A stretch of DNA of 64,000 bases from Callorhinchus milii. Its lineage: Eukaryota. The position numbers were made by a program, and so were the translations under genes. The stretch spans positions 10,912,001 through 10,976,000 of the forward strand of contig NW_024704760.1 of assembly GCF_018977255.1 (NCBI RefSeq), read 5' to 3'. Positions 25,559 through 38,935 of the stretch are shown piece after piece (position 1 is the stretch's first letter; every line of letters begins with the position of its first letter). The notes beneath the pieces were generated by a model. The model searched no databases and was not told where the DNA came from. It was given only the letters and a program-made list of their open reading frames with translations.

Positions 25559-25653
25559 CCTCCGGGGCTTCGGGAAGGGGGGGGTGGGAATGTTAGGGCT
25601 GGACCTTCATGAGGTGATGACGGACTCCAGTCTCCCCTCGGAGCTGGGCATCC

Positions 25654-25742
25654 AGTCTTCTCCCTGCTGAAGCTGCAAATAGGGGGAAAAAATGATCTTT
25701 TTCAGACTGACGACAACGAGCCTTTGTAGGAACATCACAGAC
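25654..25742. repeat. 89-bp direct repeat copy 1, containing the RASSF 3' splice site
   Basis: Four mismatches to copy 2 at 26238-26326. Confidence 0.95.
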
Positions 25743-25782
25743 TGACTGACCAACCTCCACACCACTCAATTACCGCAGTCAC

Positions 25783-26215
25783 TTGTTAGCTAAACTGAAA
25801 TATCACTGGCGTGACTATGCCAACTCCCTGCTTGTCGGCCTTCCCAATTCTTCCCTCCACAACCTGCAGATCATCCAGAACTCTACAGCTCGTATCCTCT
25901 CCCGCACCGGGCTCCATGACCTTATCACCCCCACCCTCACCCGGCTTCACTGGCTCCCCATCCCTCAGTGGATCAAGTTCAACATTTTTGTCCTCACCTT
26001 CAAGGTCCTCCTTGGCCTTACCGCCTCCTACCTCCCCGACTGGATAACCCCTTATCAACCTGTCCACTCCGTCTGCTCCATGTCCCTCGCCCGGCCTGCC
26101 ACCATCGGCGGTCAGGCCTTCAGCCTCTCCGCCCCCACCCTCTGGAACTCCATTCCACATTCCATTTGCCTCGCTACCCCACGTGAAGAGTGCTCTATAA
26201 ATGCAAGTTGTTGTA
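25783..26215 (+). mobile_element. L2 3' fragment between the two 89-bp repeats
   Basis: DYANSLLVGLP...LHWLPIPQWIKFNIFVLTFK...APTLWNSIP and tail gctctataaatgcaagttgttg. Confidence 0.9.
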
Positions 26216-26237
26216 ATACTTTCTGGGCATTGCATTT

Positions 26238-26326
26238 AGTCTTCTCCCTGCTGAAGCTGCAAATAGGGGGAAAAAGTGATCTTTTTCAGACTGGCGACAA
26301 TGAGCCTTTGCAGGAACATCACAGAC
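26238..26326. repeat. 89-bp direct repeat copy 2 (duplicate acceptor at 26256)
   Basis: agtcttctccctgctgaagctgcaaatagggggaaaaagtgatctttttcagac...aacatcacagac. Confidence 0.95.
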
Positions 26327-27756
26327 ATTCCAACAATCTACCTTTGGGATTTCCAATGTTTCTAATACTCCTTCTCATGTGTTTATCTATTCACTTCCAG
26401 GTGCTTTAATGGTAATAATCCTTGCATTTGATACAGTGCCTTATCACATCTTCAAGACGTCTCAAAGTGATTCCAAAATATACGGCATCAACAAGAACAA
26501 CATTTTTTTTCACATCATGCCTTTCACGTCAGGAGGACGTCCCAAGGCGCTGGACAGACAGAATTACGGACCCGAGCTGGGGGTCGGGGAGGGTGGAGAG
26601 CAGGGAGATCGAAAGCATGTAAAGTGTAGTGACAGTAATTATTATTATTATTATGGGTGGGGGGGGGGTGGTGGTTGGGGAAAGGGAGGAAGCCGGTTAT
26701 TGAATACCTCACAGCTCATTCATTAAACCCTTTTCCTGTAATTATCCGGTCAAAATAAAAACCGCAAAGTGCAGCGTTTACGTTTCTGCCGCTGTCAAAA
26801 GATGAACAAAGGGAGCGATGACTGATGTGCTTTGCGCTGCCTGACATTTCTGCTCTAAACCCTTTGTCTGTGTGTGTCTGTGTGTGGTGTGAACTGGAGA
26901 TCTCTGGGATTAAAGAGCATAAAAGAGATGCCAGCCAGCGCAGCTCTCCGGCTTTAAACAGGCTCCACTCACCATGGGGCTGTGTGTGGCCGGCAGCCAT
27001 CATCATAATAATAGACATAGAACATAATTATATAAATATAATAGACCCCCAGTCTCTGGAACTCCATCCCACAGTCCCTTCACCTCGCTCCCTCCCTGGC
27101 ATACTTCAAGGCACGTCTCAAGACCCTCCTCTTCGACCGCACTTTCGGTCAAACCTCCTGCCCCTACCCTCCCTGCCCTCCACCCCTTCTGATCCTGACC
27201 CCCAGCTCGGGGGTCCAAATCCCTGACTGTCCAGTGCCATGGCATGACATGAAAGGCACTGTGTAAATGTCATGTGTTGTTGTTGTTGTTGTTGCATAAT
27301 GATAGACAGTGATTATCCCTTCGCTTATTCCTGCAGTTGATCAGTTTGTCACTACTCACAGCTCATAACTGGAGCCATCGCGCCACAGACATTGTAAAAA
27401 GAGATCTACTTTTGTTGCTGGTGTAGAAACAGGGATGGAATATTTTTGGTGGGTGGCGTATGATGCCATCTTCCTCCACTTCGAGTTACTCTGAGGCGTA
27501 GTGACTGTCACACATACAATCATAGTAACTGATCTGTTCCTTCCTACAAATTACATTGGGTTGAAAGACCTGTTAATCTAATAATCCCTGGATTTGGTAC
27601 AGAGTCAATGAGCTTCACAGGAATTACTGTAAAAGGGAGTGACTGTGTATTTGTGGGCAAACTCACCAGTACAATTGCACATCGCGGTGTCCCACAAACA
27701 GACACGGATGGAGTGAGTGACCAATTTTATTTGGGGATTGATGGCCAGAACACCGG

Positions 27757-27787
<31 letters not shown>

Positions 27788-30489
27788 TCCCTTCCTCTTT
27801 TTTCGAATAGTAACATGGGATCTTTAACATCCACCTGAACAGGCAGACGGGAACATGAGCTCAGCTCCTGATGGGCAGCTGGCACAGCCATTCTGACCTG
27901 GGAGAGAGCATGACGGGCTGACAGCAGGACAGAGGCAATCCCGAAATTCCGTCTCAGTGCTGGGACCCAGGAGCTGAGCTGTCCCAGCCGGGCAATGTCA
28001 CACCTGCGTTCAATGCTCTTCTCCCTTTCACTGAGATGGAAATTCCATTCAGACAAGTTCCCAACAATTCCACCACCGTGTGTGCGTACCTGCGACCTGG
28101 TGCAGGAACAACAGCAGCAACAACTACAACAAGATGCATTTATATAGCGTCCTTCTTGTGGGGTGGCGTCTTGGAGCACTTAACAATGGCAAAGCCCGAC
28201 ACTCAGCCAGAGAGAGGGGAGGTGACCATAAGCATGGCCTTTAGATGCGATCTGAAAATGGACAAAGAGCGGGCAAGGCAGAGGAAATGAGGGAGATGGT
28301 TCCAGAGTCTCAGGTGTAGTGGCTGAAATCATGACTGCCAATAGTAGAGCGGAGAGGACGCTAGAGTGTGCGTTGGGGTAACTGCTGGAGTCTAGCCAGA
28401 TAACACTGCAGATACTGCTGTCTATCAAGCATTCCCGCGGCTTGTCCAGCTAGGACCACCCCATCCATTAGATGATGCGTTTAATTTATGCCCCTCTACG
28501 CCATTCTCCACCTCTCCCCAGCAGACAGACACTGACCAACACACTCCGACCACCGCACTGACCGGCACGCACTGCTTTGATCGATACGCACTGACCGGCA
28601 CACAAATACTGACGGTTACCACGCTGACCGACAGGCTGACCAACATATTGACAGACACACACCCACTGACCGGCAGACACTGCCGTGTCAGGCTCCGCAC
28701 TGCCCTGCAGTGTCTCCAGGCTGACTGAGCTCCCACAGGAAGTGTTGGAGACAGAGCTTACACTCAGTGGGCAGCACTAATCACTCTGAGCCTCTGCTCT
28801 GAGCTCAGCAAAGTTTCCAAACTTCCAAATCCTTTCCTTTCTATCTGACTGACCTCGAGCAGTCACACTCACCAGTCCCGCCTACGAGTCACACAGCCCC
28901 CAGGGCTCCAACCAACACAGGCACGAGGCTACTGCAACACGCTTGGTTACATATGACATGATCACATACATGACATTGGTGTGTTGTCTGACAGTTTATG
29001 GTTGAGCAGTTTCCGAGTCAGCCTCAGAGTCACTCACACTCTCATAATAATATAATAATCCTTGCATTTGATATAGCACCTTATCACACTGTTGAGACGT
29101 CTCAAAACTTTTTGCAGAATGTTCTGTAAAAAGGATTGACTGTGTTTTGTGGGGGAAATGCAGCAGCCAATTGCACACCGCGGTGTCCCACACAGTCGTC
29201 GATAGAGTGACCATTCTTTTTTCCAAGCCCCACATCGGGGCTTTAAGCTCACAGTTTAGACCGACTCTTCAGTGCAGGCCTGGGGGAGCACTGGGTTGGG
29301 CTGTCTCCCTGCTCGATGGGCTTTGAAGACCCTGCAAAGCTCAGCAAAAAGAGAAGGGAGTTTCTCTCTCCCTGTTTTCTGGCCAACAATCCTCCAGATA
29401 AAATTGGTCTCTCACTTCATGGCGGGTCATTGCTGTGTGTGGTGTGAACGACACAAGACACAGTCATTACACTTGACAACAATTACTCGTGAAGCACTGC
29501 GACACGATTAGTGCCTGTATCAAATGAAAGGATTATAGCCATTTGATAATAATTGATTATAATTAAAAGATCATAACCAATGTCAAAAATGTAAAACAGA
29601 AAGAAACCAAATGCTGCTTTCACTCCAGACCCAGGAAATCCCAGCGATTTGCAAATGTTCAGTTTAAACATCCACAAACAGTCCATTCACTGTATCACTG
29701 ACCGCACGCAGCATGTGTCAGCATCTCAGGTGTGTCAGGAACCTGCTATCAATGGCAAACTGTGTGGTTTTAGCTGGTTAGACTCCAGCAGTTACCACCC
29801 AACACACACTCTGGGGTCCCCAAAGCCTCACCAACCTGCGCCTAACACTTTCCAGAATTAGGTAAACAGAATATGTACCATCAGGGAGAGAGGGAGGGAG
29901 TGTGCGTTTCATTCCAACAATCTAATTCTGGAATTTCTGTGCGTAGTTGGGAGGCTTGGAATTCTCCGCTTGGTTTGGATACTCTTAATCACAGCGATGG
30001 GTTTCCTCATGTCGCAGACACCCACCCGGCTGGGCACCATAAAAGTGCGTCAGCAAAGTGATCCATACATTCACCTGCCTCTCCAGCAGCTGCCAGCAAC
30101 TCATTCCAGCCTTTCCCAGTTTTTCAGCATCCAAGTGACTTGAGATTCGAGGCATTGGCGGGGGATGGAGGGGGTTGGTGGGGGGAGGGGGTCTACAAGA
30201 GTAGTCTCGATGTACGAAATGCAGAGGTTTTTGGTAAAGATGCTTCTTTCTCCTCCTCAATCTAAGAGGGACACAGATCGTCAGAGCCGGTCAGGCAGCC
30301 AAGGGAACTTGTCACCCCACCCACCCTCACTCTAGAGCAGTGTACAGCCCACTCCTCCACCCGCAGCTAGAATAGGAGCACAGCAGCACACGTTACCCTC
30401 TCGATCCACCGTTACTGCATCGCATCAGGACGTTAACCTCGCAACCTGACATAATTCCCCATCACACAGCAGTCCGACCGCCAATCATT

Positions 30490-30930
30490 AAACACACTCA
30501 CACACTTACTCACACACACACACAGACAGACATTAACACACACACACAGATATTCACACACACACTCACATACACACAGACATTCACACACACACTCACA
30601 TACATACACACACTCACATATACACACATTCACATAGACCCAGAGACATTCACATACACACAGAGACCTTCACACATTCAGACATCCACACAGACGCAGA
30701 CAGAAACACACACAGAGAAACATATTGACACAGAGATAGACATTTACACACACACTCACTCAGATATTCACACAAACACACAGTTATTCATGCACACACA
30801 GACGCAGACATACACACACACACACGCACAGGGAAACACATAGTCACGCAGAGATAGACATTCTTACACACACACAAACAGAAACACATTAGATACACGC
30901 ATATAGACATTTGACATTAAACACACAAGG
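30490..30930. repeat. Degenerate (CA)n-rich tract
   Basis: Direct reading. Confidence 0.9.
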
Positions 30931-31869
30931 CTTGGGAACAAATTGCTCTTTAGGGAACGAAGCGGTTAAGTAGGAAAACACTTAGCATGGATTGTCCTGC
31001 ACTGACCGGGCAGTGTGGGCTAACACCTGGTACTCACCAGAGGGAGGCTGAGGTAGTGTCCAGAGGGACAGGCAGCGGTGTCTCTGTGTATGTCTGTCAG
31101 TCTGTCTGTCTGGACAGGGACAGGTGCTGATATGTGCTCCAGCGGTGGGCAGAAGAGTGGAGTGTCCCTGGGATGCTGCAGGATGGCCAGTGGAGAGGTA
31201 GCAACACTATGTGTGCAGTGGGGAAATGGCTGAGATACAGCCTGGCTCTCAGCCAGTCCCAGGCACACTGGCCACAGCGGTGGGTCAGCCCACAACATGT
31301 GTAATTAGCAGGAATTACTGAGTCAATCTGCTCTGCACTGAGGGCATGGAGGGGGTGGGGGGGAGGGAGTGGGAGAGTGGGGGGGGGGGGGGGAACCAGA
31401 CCTTTGGAAACAGTCAGATTTAACCCTTTCAGCACTCCTACCAGCGCTCTGCATTTCCAACCAGGCTTAATCCTGTTCCTCTCTCCTGCCCTCGCAGCCA
31501 AACAGTTCATTCAGGTTTTACCCTCGGCATCATTTGTGTCTACAAAATGTGTAATTGTGTACAATTACAGGAAATTCTTACATTCGGTCACAAGAATAAT
31601 AACGTGATAAGGTGCTACCTCAACTGCAAACATAATTAGGTTCTCACCCAGGGCTTGGGGTTAAAGCTGCTGGAGTCCGAGTTTGTGAACCCACGTTCGT
31701 ACACCCAGTGCATCCACATGATGGGCTTGCAGAGAGGCAAGCAGCAGCTGCGTAAACCCCACATCTCCATTTGGTGAAACTCAATGGGAAGGGATGTTTG
31801 CCTGAGCTGCAGACAAGAAAATGGGGGCAATGCTCTCACACATTTCATGCTGAGCTGTGTTGCCCACCG

Positions 31870-32345
31870 GGAAGCTTGTACCTACCTTTGCCGGATGGGT
31901 CCGCAGTATTCCAGGGCACTCACTGCTGATGACAGTACAGCCAGACTGGCTCATCAGCAGGACTTGGAAGGGCAGATCGGTCACTGGGGGTAGGGAGTCG
32001 TCCCACTCGGCTCCTGTTAACCCTGCAAACCAGGTGTAGGGTGGGGTGGTCCTGTCTGGCCAAGCAGCAGAAAGCTTGCCAGATAGCAATATCAATGACA
32101 AGCTGTGTGGTTTTAGTTGGTTAGGCTCCAGCAGTTACCGGAAAAAGCACACTCTGGGTTCCCCCCCAAGCCTTGACTCTTGCCAAGTTGTGCCAAAACT
32201 TTCCGGAATTAGGTAAGCAGGATGCGTCCCTCCAGGGAGAAAGAGAGAGAGAGTACATTCCAGTCCAACAACCTACCTCTGGGATTTGGTTTGGATTCTC
32301 TTAAGCACGGTGATGGGTTTCCGCACGCGTCAGATACCCGACTGG
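31870..32345 (+). mobile_element. Family R element, near complete
   Basis: gggtggtcctgtctggccaagc...gtggttttagttggttag...gatgggtttccgcacgcgtcagatacccgactg plus A-run. Confidence 0.7.
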
Positions 32346-33020
32346 CGAAAAAAAAATCAAATGCAAGGAGTTCTGATTCCCAGGCGGGGAGAAACCTTAG
32401 GCGATTTCCTTACTCCACGTGCCTGTTTATCTAGCAATAAGTAGAAACCCAATTGTTAGTCGATTGGCAAATTACTTTTCAGGGGGAGTAAGCCCTTAAA
32501 AAAANTGACTGTTTGTGGGCCACTGTTGTGCGCAATTGTCTGCCACCTTTCACCCACAAAATACACAGTCAATTCACTTTACAGTATATTCCGTGAAGCG
32601 CTTTGAGACCTCTCGAAGACTTGATAAGGTGCTATATCAAATGAAAGGATTATTAATATTGTTATAAAAGGACAGCTCTGAAGCTTTGGCCTGCACTACA
32701 ATATATTATACTATATGGGCTGTTTACTGAATCACTGGTGTGATTTACGCTCTGAGCACTGATGAAACCATTCCCAAATAAAGATAATAAACTGAAGCAG
32801 TTTTCCTCAGCTTGTGAATCAGATACAGCCCCCATTAACCTCAGGGTGGGACACAAACAGGATGTAATACAGCGCGGAGACAAGGAAATGCAACATTAAA
32901 GTAATTACTCCATGTGATGATGAAGAGGCTTTGCTGATCTCAGTGCCACCAACAGCACTAACGGCTGACTTCAGCTCAGGGCCTCAAACCCATCCCCCAC
33001 TCACTCACACACCAGAGATG

Positions 33021-33238
33021 TGTATCTCACTAACACACCACAGGTCCCTGTATCCCACCAACACACCACAGGTCCCTGTATCCCACCAACACACCACAGG
33101 TCCCTGTATCTCACTAACACACCACAGGTCCCTGTATCCCACCAACACACCACAGGTCCCTGTATCCCACCAACACACCACAGGTCCCTGTATCTCACTA
33201 ACACACCACAGGTCCCTGTATCCCACCAACACACCAGC
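33021..33238. repeat. 28-bp minisatellite (aacacaccacaggtccctgtatcccacc) with 84-bp higher-order pattern
   Basis: Variants cccacc (A) and ctcact (B) run B-A-A-B-A-A-B-A. Confidence 0.92.
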
Positions 33239-33799
33239 ACCCACTGTACTTCCTTCCTCCTCCGCCCCAGGCCCACAGCTCATTCTCTACTCACTCCCTC
33301 TGTTTCCCCTATCATTTCGCCCACAAAATATACAGTCACTCCACTTTTCAGTATATTCTGTGAAGCACTTTGAGATGTCTCATCCACGTAATAAACTGTT
33401 ATATCAAATGCAAGGCTTATTATTTATTATCATTGGACAAAGTTTTATTTCCTCTTCTCTCTGAAACTCTCAAATTGACATCCATTGACCACTCTCCTTT
33501 CTTTCCAAAACCCTCTTAACCCCCACTCTCTCTCTGTCTGATCAGCACCAAAGCACTCTCTCTCCTTTCTCTCTCACTATCTGTAGTGCTTTGACACAAA
33601 CAAAAGGGCTACAGGAAAGTTTAACATGTTGTAGTTCTGCATCAGAAAGATCTAATATTGAAAGTAAAAATAAACCAGATTTGGTTTCCATTTGCTTCCT
33701 TTCTCTTAGAACTTTCCAAATTCCCTTTGACCAACTCCCCTCCCCCCACCCCCCACTTCCCCCAACCTCCCTCCGCACCCCCACCTCCCTTCCTTCCAC

Positions 33800-34200
33800 C
33801 TCTCTAACCGCCCGCCCCACACACCTCCGCAACCCCTCACTGCCCCCCGACCCCACACACCTCCACAACCCTTCATTGCCCCCACACACACCTCCACAAC
33901 CCTTCACTGCCCCCACACACCTCCACAACCCTTCATTGCCCCCCACACACACCTCACAACCCTTCACTGCCCCCCACACACCTCCACAACCCTCACTGCC
34001 CCCCGCCCCACACACCTCCACAACCCTTCATTGCCCCCCCAGCCCACACACCTCCACAACCACTCACTGCCCCCCCAGCCCACACACCTCCGAAACCCCT
34101 CACTGCCCCCCATCCCACACACCTCCACAACCCTTCACCGACCCCCCCCACACACCTCCACAACCCCTCACTGCCCCTCCACCCCACACAACCCTGACAT
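33800..34200. repeat. About 31-33 bp minisatellite (cccacacacctccacaacccttcactgcccc)n
   Basis: About 11 degenerate tandem copies. Confidence 0.9.
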
Positions 34201-35664
34201 TTCCCCCACTCCATCCGCAACACCACGGCCATTGCTGTCCCAGACATTCAATTAACATTCCACAGCTCACGGCCACCACAAGCTCTGGAGGAAATCTCAA
34301 GATCTGGCCATTATCTTATCACAAGATCACCTCGGCAGCGGTGTCTGTGCTGTGACACTGTGCTGAGGGGAAGCAGATTAGAGTTGAGAGCTGCAGTGGG
34401 GGAGCGAGCACCAGCAGGGAATGGGGTTAGAGTAGAGAGCTCCATTAGAGGAGCGAGCACCAGTGTAGGCATAGTGAGAGCTAAGTAGCTTCCTGACTGT
34501 AACATTCCTATGGATTGAGTAAATGACTCCAATTATCAGACTATTCACTATCCGAACCCGAGTGGTGAGGTAGAGAACTTCACTCAGACAGGTCCCTGCT
34601 CCCTGAGAAGCCACTGGGCTTCTGATTAATTCATCTCCTGTTTTAGTTTCCACTGCAATCAGTGCCAGTTTGGGCCATATCTCATCCAGCACAGGCCGGA
34701 GCCATTTCCTGTTTCCCAGGCAGTGTCTGTCTCTCAATCCCTTTGTTTTTTACAGCTACGCTTTCCAGCAGAAAATAGCTTTATTTTCTCCCGACCTGGA
34801 CCCAAGCAGGATTGCAATAGTGTTGCCAGCAATGTTGACGACAGATCAACCAGCCTGGATCGTCAAGAAGAACTGGGGTCAAGGATTCTTCCCGCTCAGC
34901 TCCTGCTAATCCTGAAAACCAAGCCCAAGTGGGTACAGAGGTCCTAGCTTGACAAGCTTCCACTGGCTAGACAGTGTCTCGGGGGCAAGCGATGTGGCTT
35001 CAGCTGGACAACTTCCAGCAGTTACCCCAACTCATAATCTGGGTTCCCCAAACTTTTGTCAACCAGTGCCTCATACTCTCTGGGATCAGATAGGAAGGGT
35101 GCATCCCTCCAGAGAGAGTGCATTCTGTCCCTGTCACAGGGATATTTCCGTGTCAACATAATGCATGTGTCTGATTTGGAGAGTTTTAAGCATAGTCATG
35201 GGTTTCCGGATGAGTCAGACACCCAGCAGATACCCAAAGCCACAAATTTTCCAGTTGGAGGGTGGGGGGGGGAGGAATGGAGGTTTGTTGTTGAGGAGGA
35301 ATATGGGTGGAGTGGGAATGAAGAACAGAGAGAAGCAGGTACAGGGGCAAACGTCCTGATTGGAGATTCTCAATACAGTACAAATGTACATTTATACAAT
35401 GCCTTTAAAGTTGGGAGGACAACGCCAAAGCCCTTAACAGTACAGACTGGACACCCAAGCTGGGGTGGGAGATGAGGGAATGGGAAGGGAAAAGATAACT
35501 GAAGGAGTTAGTTGTTGAGATGGACCTTGAAGGAGGTGATGGAGGGAGGCAAATGGGAGGGATGGAGTTTGAGTTCCAGTGAGTGGCAGGCAGAATGGCT
35601 GAAAACCCTGTCGGGCGGGGGACATGAAGCAGGCAAAAAGCTTTTCAGCTGTGGTTTTACAATA

Positions 35665-36020
35665 ATAATCCTTGCATTTGATATAGCGCCTGATCACGTC
35701 TTCGAGACGTCTCAAAGCGCTTCACAGAATATACTGTAAAGTGAATTGACACTGTATTTTGTGGGGCAGCCAACTGTGCACAGCAGCGTCCCACAAACAG
35801 TCATGGTTTGAGTGACCAAATTATTATTTTTCTTTGAAGAGATTATCACCCGCAGAAAAGCAATCCGCCAATGGACTAACAACTGGGTTCCTACGTACTA
35901 TTAGGAAACCAGAGATGTGTGGAGTAAGGAAACTTGCCTAAGTTTTCGCACTGCCCGGGAATCGAACCTGGATCCTCTCACTAGCGAGGCGAGTACTCTA
36001 ACCACTGAGCTACAGGACTC
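35665..36020 (-). mobile_element. Family A SINE, full length
   Basis: Reverse complement from tail (aatccttgcatttgat) to head (ctacaggactcc). Confidence 0.9.
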
Positions 36021-36899
36021 CGCAGGATTTATTTCCCAATCCCTCTGTTTCAGTGGAGGACGGCAGCTCATCAGGAAACAAGTTTTTGCTTTTTTTCCGG
36101 GAAAGGAAGGGATAAAATTGTCAAGGCTGCGTGGGGGAGTTGGGGATATTCAAAATGATTCCACAAACTTGTTCCACGTTCTCAGAGAAAGATTTGAGGT
36201 GTCAGAACATTTTGTGCTATAAACTATCCCCATCTGCAGGTCAGACACCTATAGTACATCTATTACTGCGAAGTACAGTACTGTGTTGCAATTCTTTTTC
36301 GATCGGCCGGGCGTCTGACACATGCGGAAACCCATCACTGTGATAAGATGGATATTCTAGAAGGAGGACATCAAAAGGACCTTCTTCCTCTTCTGTCTCT
36401 TGTGAGAGCCAGTTCTCCTAAAGGTCTGGATCAAACAGTAAATCATCTCTGACAATGGAACTATTTAGCTGAAAATCCCTCCTCACATCTTCACGGTACC
36501 TGCTGTTCAAATAGTTATGCTCTGAATGCGGGGCAGTGTAGCAGAGATGCTCTGTGATAATAATAATAATAATCCTTTCATTTGATACAGCGCCTTATCA
36601 CGTCACTGAGATATCTCAAAACGCTGCACAGGATATATTGTAAAGTAGATTGATTGTATATATTTTTGTGGCAGACAATTATGCACAGTAAAATGGAGGG
36701 ATTATTATCCCCGGAAAGGGATCCACTAATCGACTGACAACCGTGATGCAGGGTTAGCGTGGCAGTGGTGCTCAGTGCAGTTGTGGGTGAGTGAGATGCT
36801 CAGAAGACACTGCTTAACAACTCACATCTATACAGCGCCCCTCAGTAGGACAACGACTTGGAGCACTACACAGTGGCAAGGTCAGACCTGAGTAGGGTA

Positions 36900-37500
36900 G
36901 AATAACAACAACAACAAATTACATTTGGATAGCGCCTTTCACATCAGGAGGACGTCCCAAGGTGCCAGGGATTTGGACGCGAGCTAGGGTTTCGAATCAG
37001 GAGAGGTCGAGGATATAAAGGATAGGGGTAGGAAGGTGGCCGAAGCCAAGATTGAGGCATGCCTTGAAGGAGGAAAGGGAGGGAGCAAGAGGAAGGGACT
37101 GTGGGATGAAAGGTGGGCAGATGAGCTGAAGCCCGACTGCTGATGGTGGGATGGGCCGTGCGAGGGACCTGGAGCAGGCCAGAGCCGGCTGAGTGGAGGG
37201 GGAGATGAGGGAAACAGGTAGGTTTTCAGGCGGGATTTAAAGACAGATAGAGAGGGTGTGAGACTGAGGGATAGACCCAGGGAGTTCCAGAATTTAGGAG
37301 CCTTGTGATTGGAGGCTTGGTCACTTTGTGGTGTGGAAGGGACAGGGGACGTGCAGCCGGCCGGTGTCAGCTGCGTGGATGGGGCGAGCAGAGCATGAGA
37401 TCAGAGAGATAGCGAGGCATGAAGGGATTGATCCGCAAAGGCGAGGAGTGTGAAGTTGACCCATCGGGAGAGGGAACGGGAGCCTCAGTCTCTGCAGTGA
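36900..37500 (-). mobile_element. L2 3' fragment, degenerate
   Basis: Tail (aac)n-ttacatttggatagcgcctttcacatc and decayed L2 C-terminal coding remnants. Confidence 0.7.
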
Positions 37501-38399
37501 ACATGAAAAGATCAAGGGTTGCAGAAATACCGTTTGTTACCAGGTTACGATCACAGACAGACACTAAAGGGCAGACACTAAAATCTCAACATGAAGCAGA
37601 AGGTCACAAGTTACAGTCCCAGGACTGCCTGTCACTCAACTATTACAAGGTTGACTCACATGAACCTGAGCTCCAGGCTGACTTCTGAACTTTGAGGCTG
37701 ACTCCAAGGCACTGATCTCATCACCCGCAGACCCACTCCAGGAGTCTCGTGTCTGGATTGAAGAAGGATGAGCCACAGCAAACCACTCATATTCTGACCA
37801 AAACATTGTGATACGATTAAATGGCTCATAAATCTTAAAGAAATTATGATTTTGTTTTAGATAATAGGGACTTTTTAGTTGTATAATGTATCAGCCTGGC
37901 TCAGCTGGTTACACTCTCACCTCAAAAGATTAGAACCCAAACCCTAAGGCTCAAGCCCTAGGTCTGGACTTTGAATTCTATTCACGTAGTCCAGGCTGAC
38001 ACTCCAGTGCAGTGCTGGGGAAAGCTTTTTCCATTGTTGGATGTGCCGTCTTTCGGGGTTTGTTTTGGGTCAGTCGGGTGTCTGACACCAGCGGAAACCG
38101 TCACCATTGCTTAAGAGTCTCCAAACTAAGCTGAGATTTCCATACATCCCACCTACACATGGAAATCCCAGAGACAGATAGTTGGAATGGAATGTGCTCT
38201 CTCTCCCTGGAGGGATGTGTCCTGCTTACCTAATTCCAGAAAATAGGTACAGTTTGGCAAGAGCCAAGGCAGAGTGTGCGTTGGGGTAACTTGACTGTAC
38301 GATAAACCAAGGTCCGTCCCATCTGCCTGTATATGGTATTGCTCAAAAAGAGAAAGGAATTTCTTCTTGTGCCCCGGCCAACAATATAATACAATAAAA

Positions 38400-38935
38400 A
38401 ATTACATTTGTATCTCGCCTTTCATGTCGGGAGGATGTCCCAAGGCGCTGGACAGTCAGGGGGTTGGGATCGGGGATGGTGGAGGGCAGGGAAAATAAGA
38501 GGTTGGGCGAAGACTCGGTCAAAGAAGAAAGTTTTGAGACACGCCTTGAATGGTGCAAGAGCGGGAACGAAGAGAAGGGAATGTGGGATGGAGTTCCAAA
38601 GCGTGGGGGCAGAGAGGCTGATGGTGGGGTGGGCCAGGCGGGGACGTGGAGCCTGCTGAGTGGAGGGAGCGGACAGGTTGATATGGGGTCAGCAGGTAGG
38701 GAGGAAAGACCATGAAGGGCCTTGAAGGCGAGGACGTTGAACTCTATCCTCTGGTGGAAGGGGAGCCAGTGGAGCCGGGCAAGGATGGGGGTGATAGGGT
38801 CACGGAGCCCGGTGCGAGAGAGGACACGAGCTGCAGAGTTCTGGATGATCTGCAGCTTGTGGAGGGAAGAGTTGGGGAGGCCGACAAAAGGAGCCTAGAT
38901 GTGATGAATGTGTGGATGAGGGTTTTGGCGGATTG
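38400..38935 (-). mobile_element. L2 3' fragment
   Basis: AKTLIHTFITSRL, LPVRSLHSAG segments and L2 tail. Confidence 0.82.
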
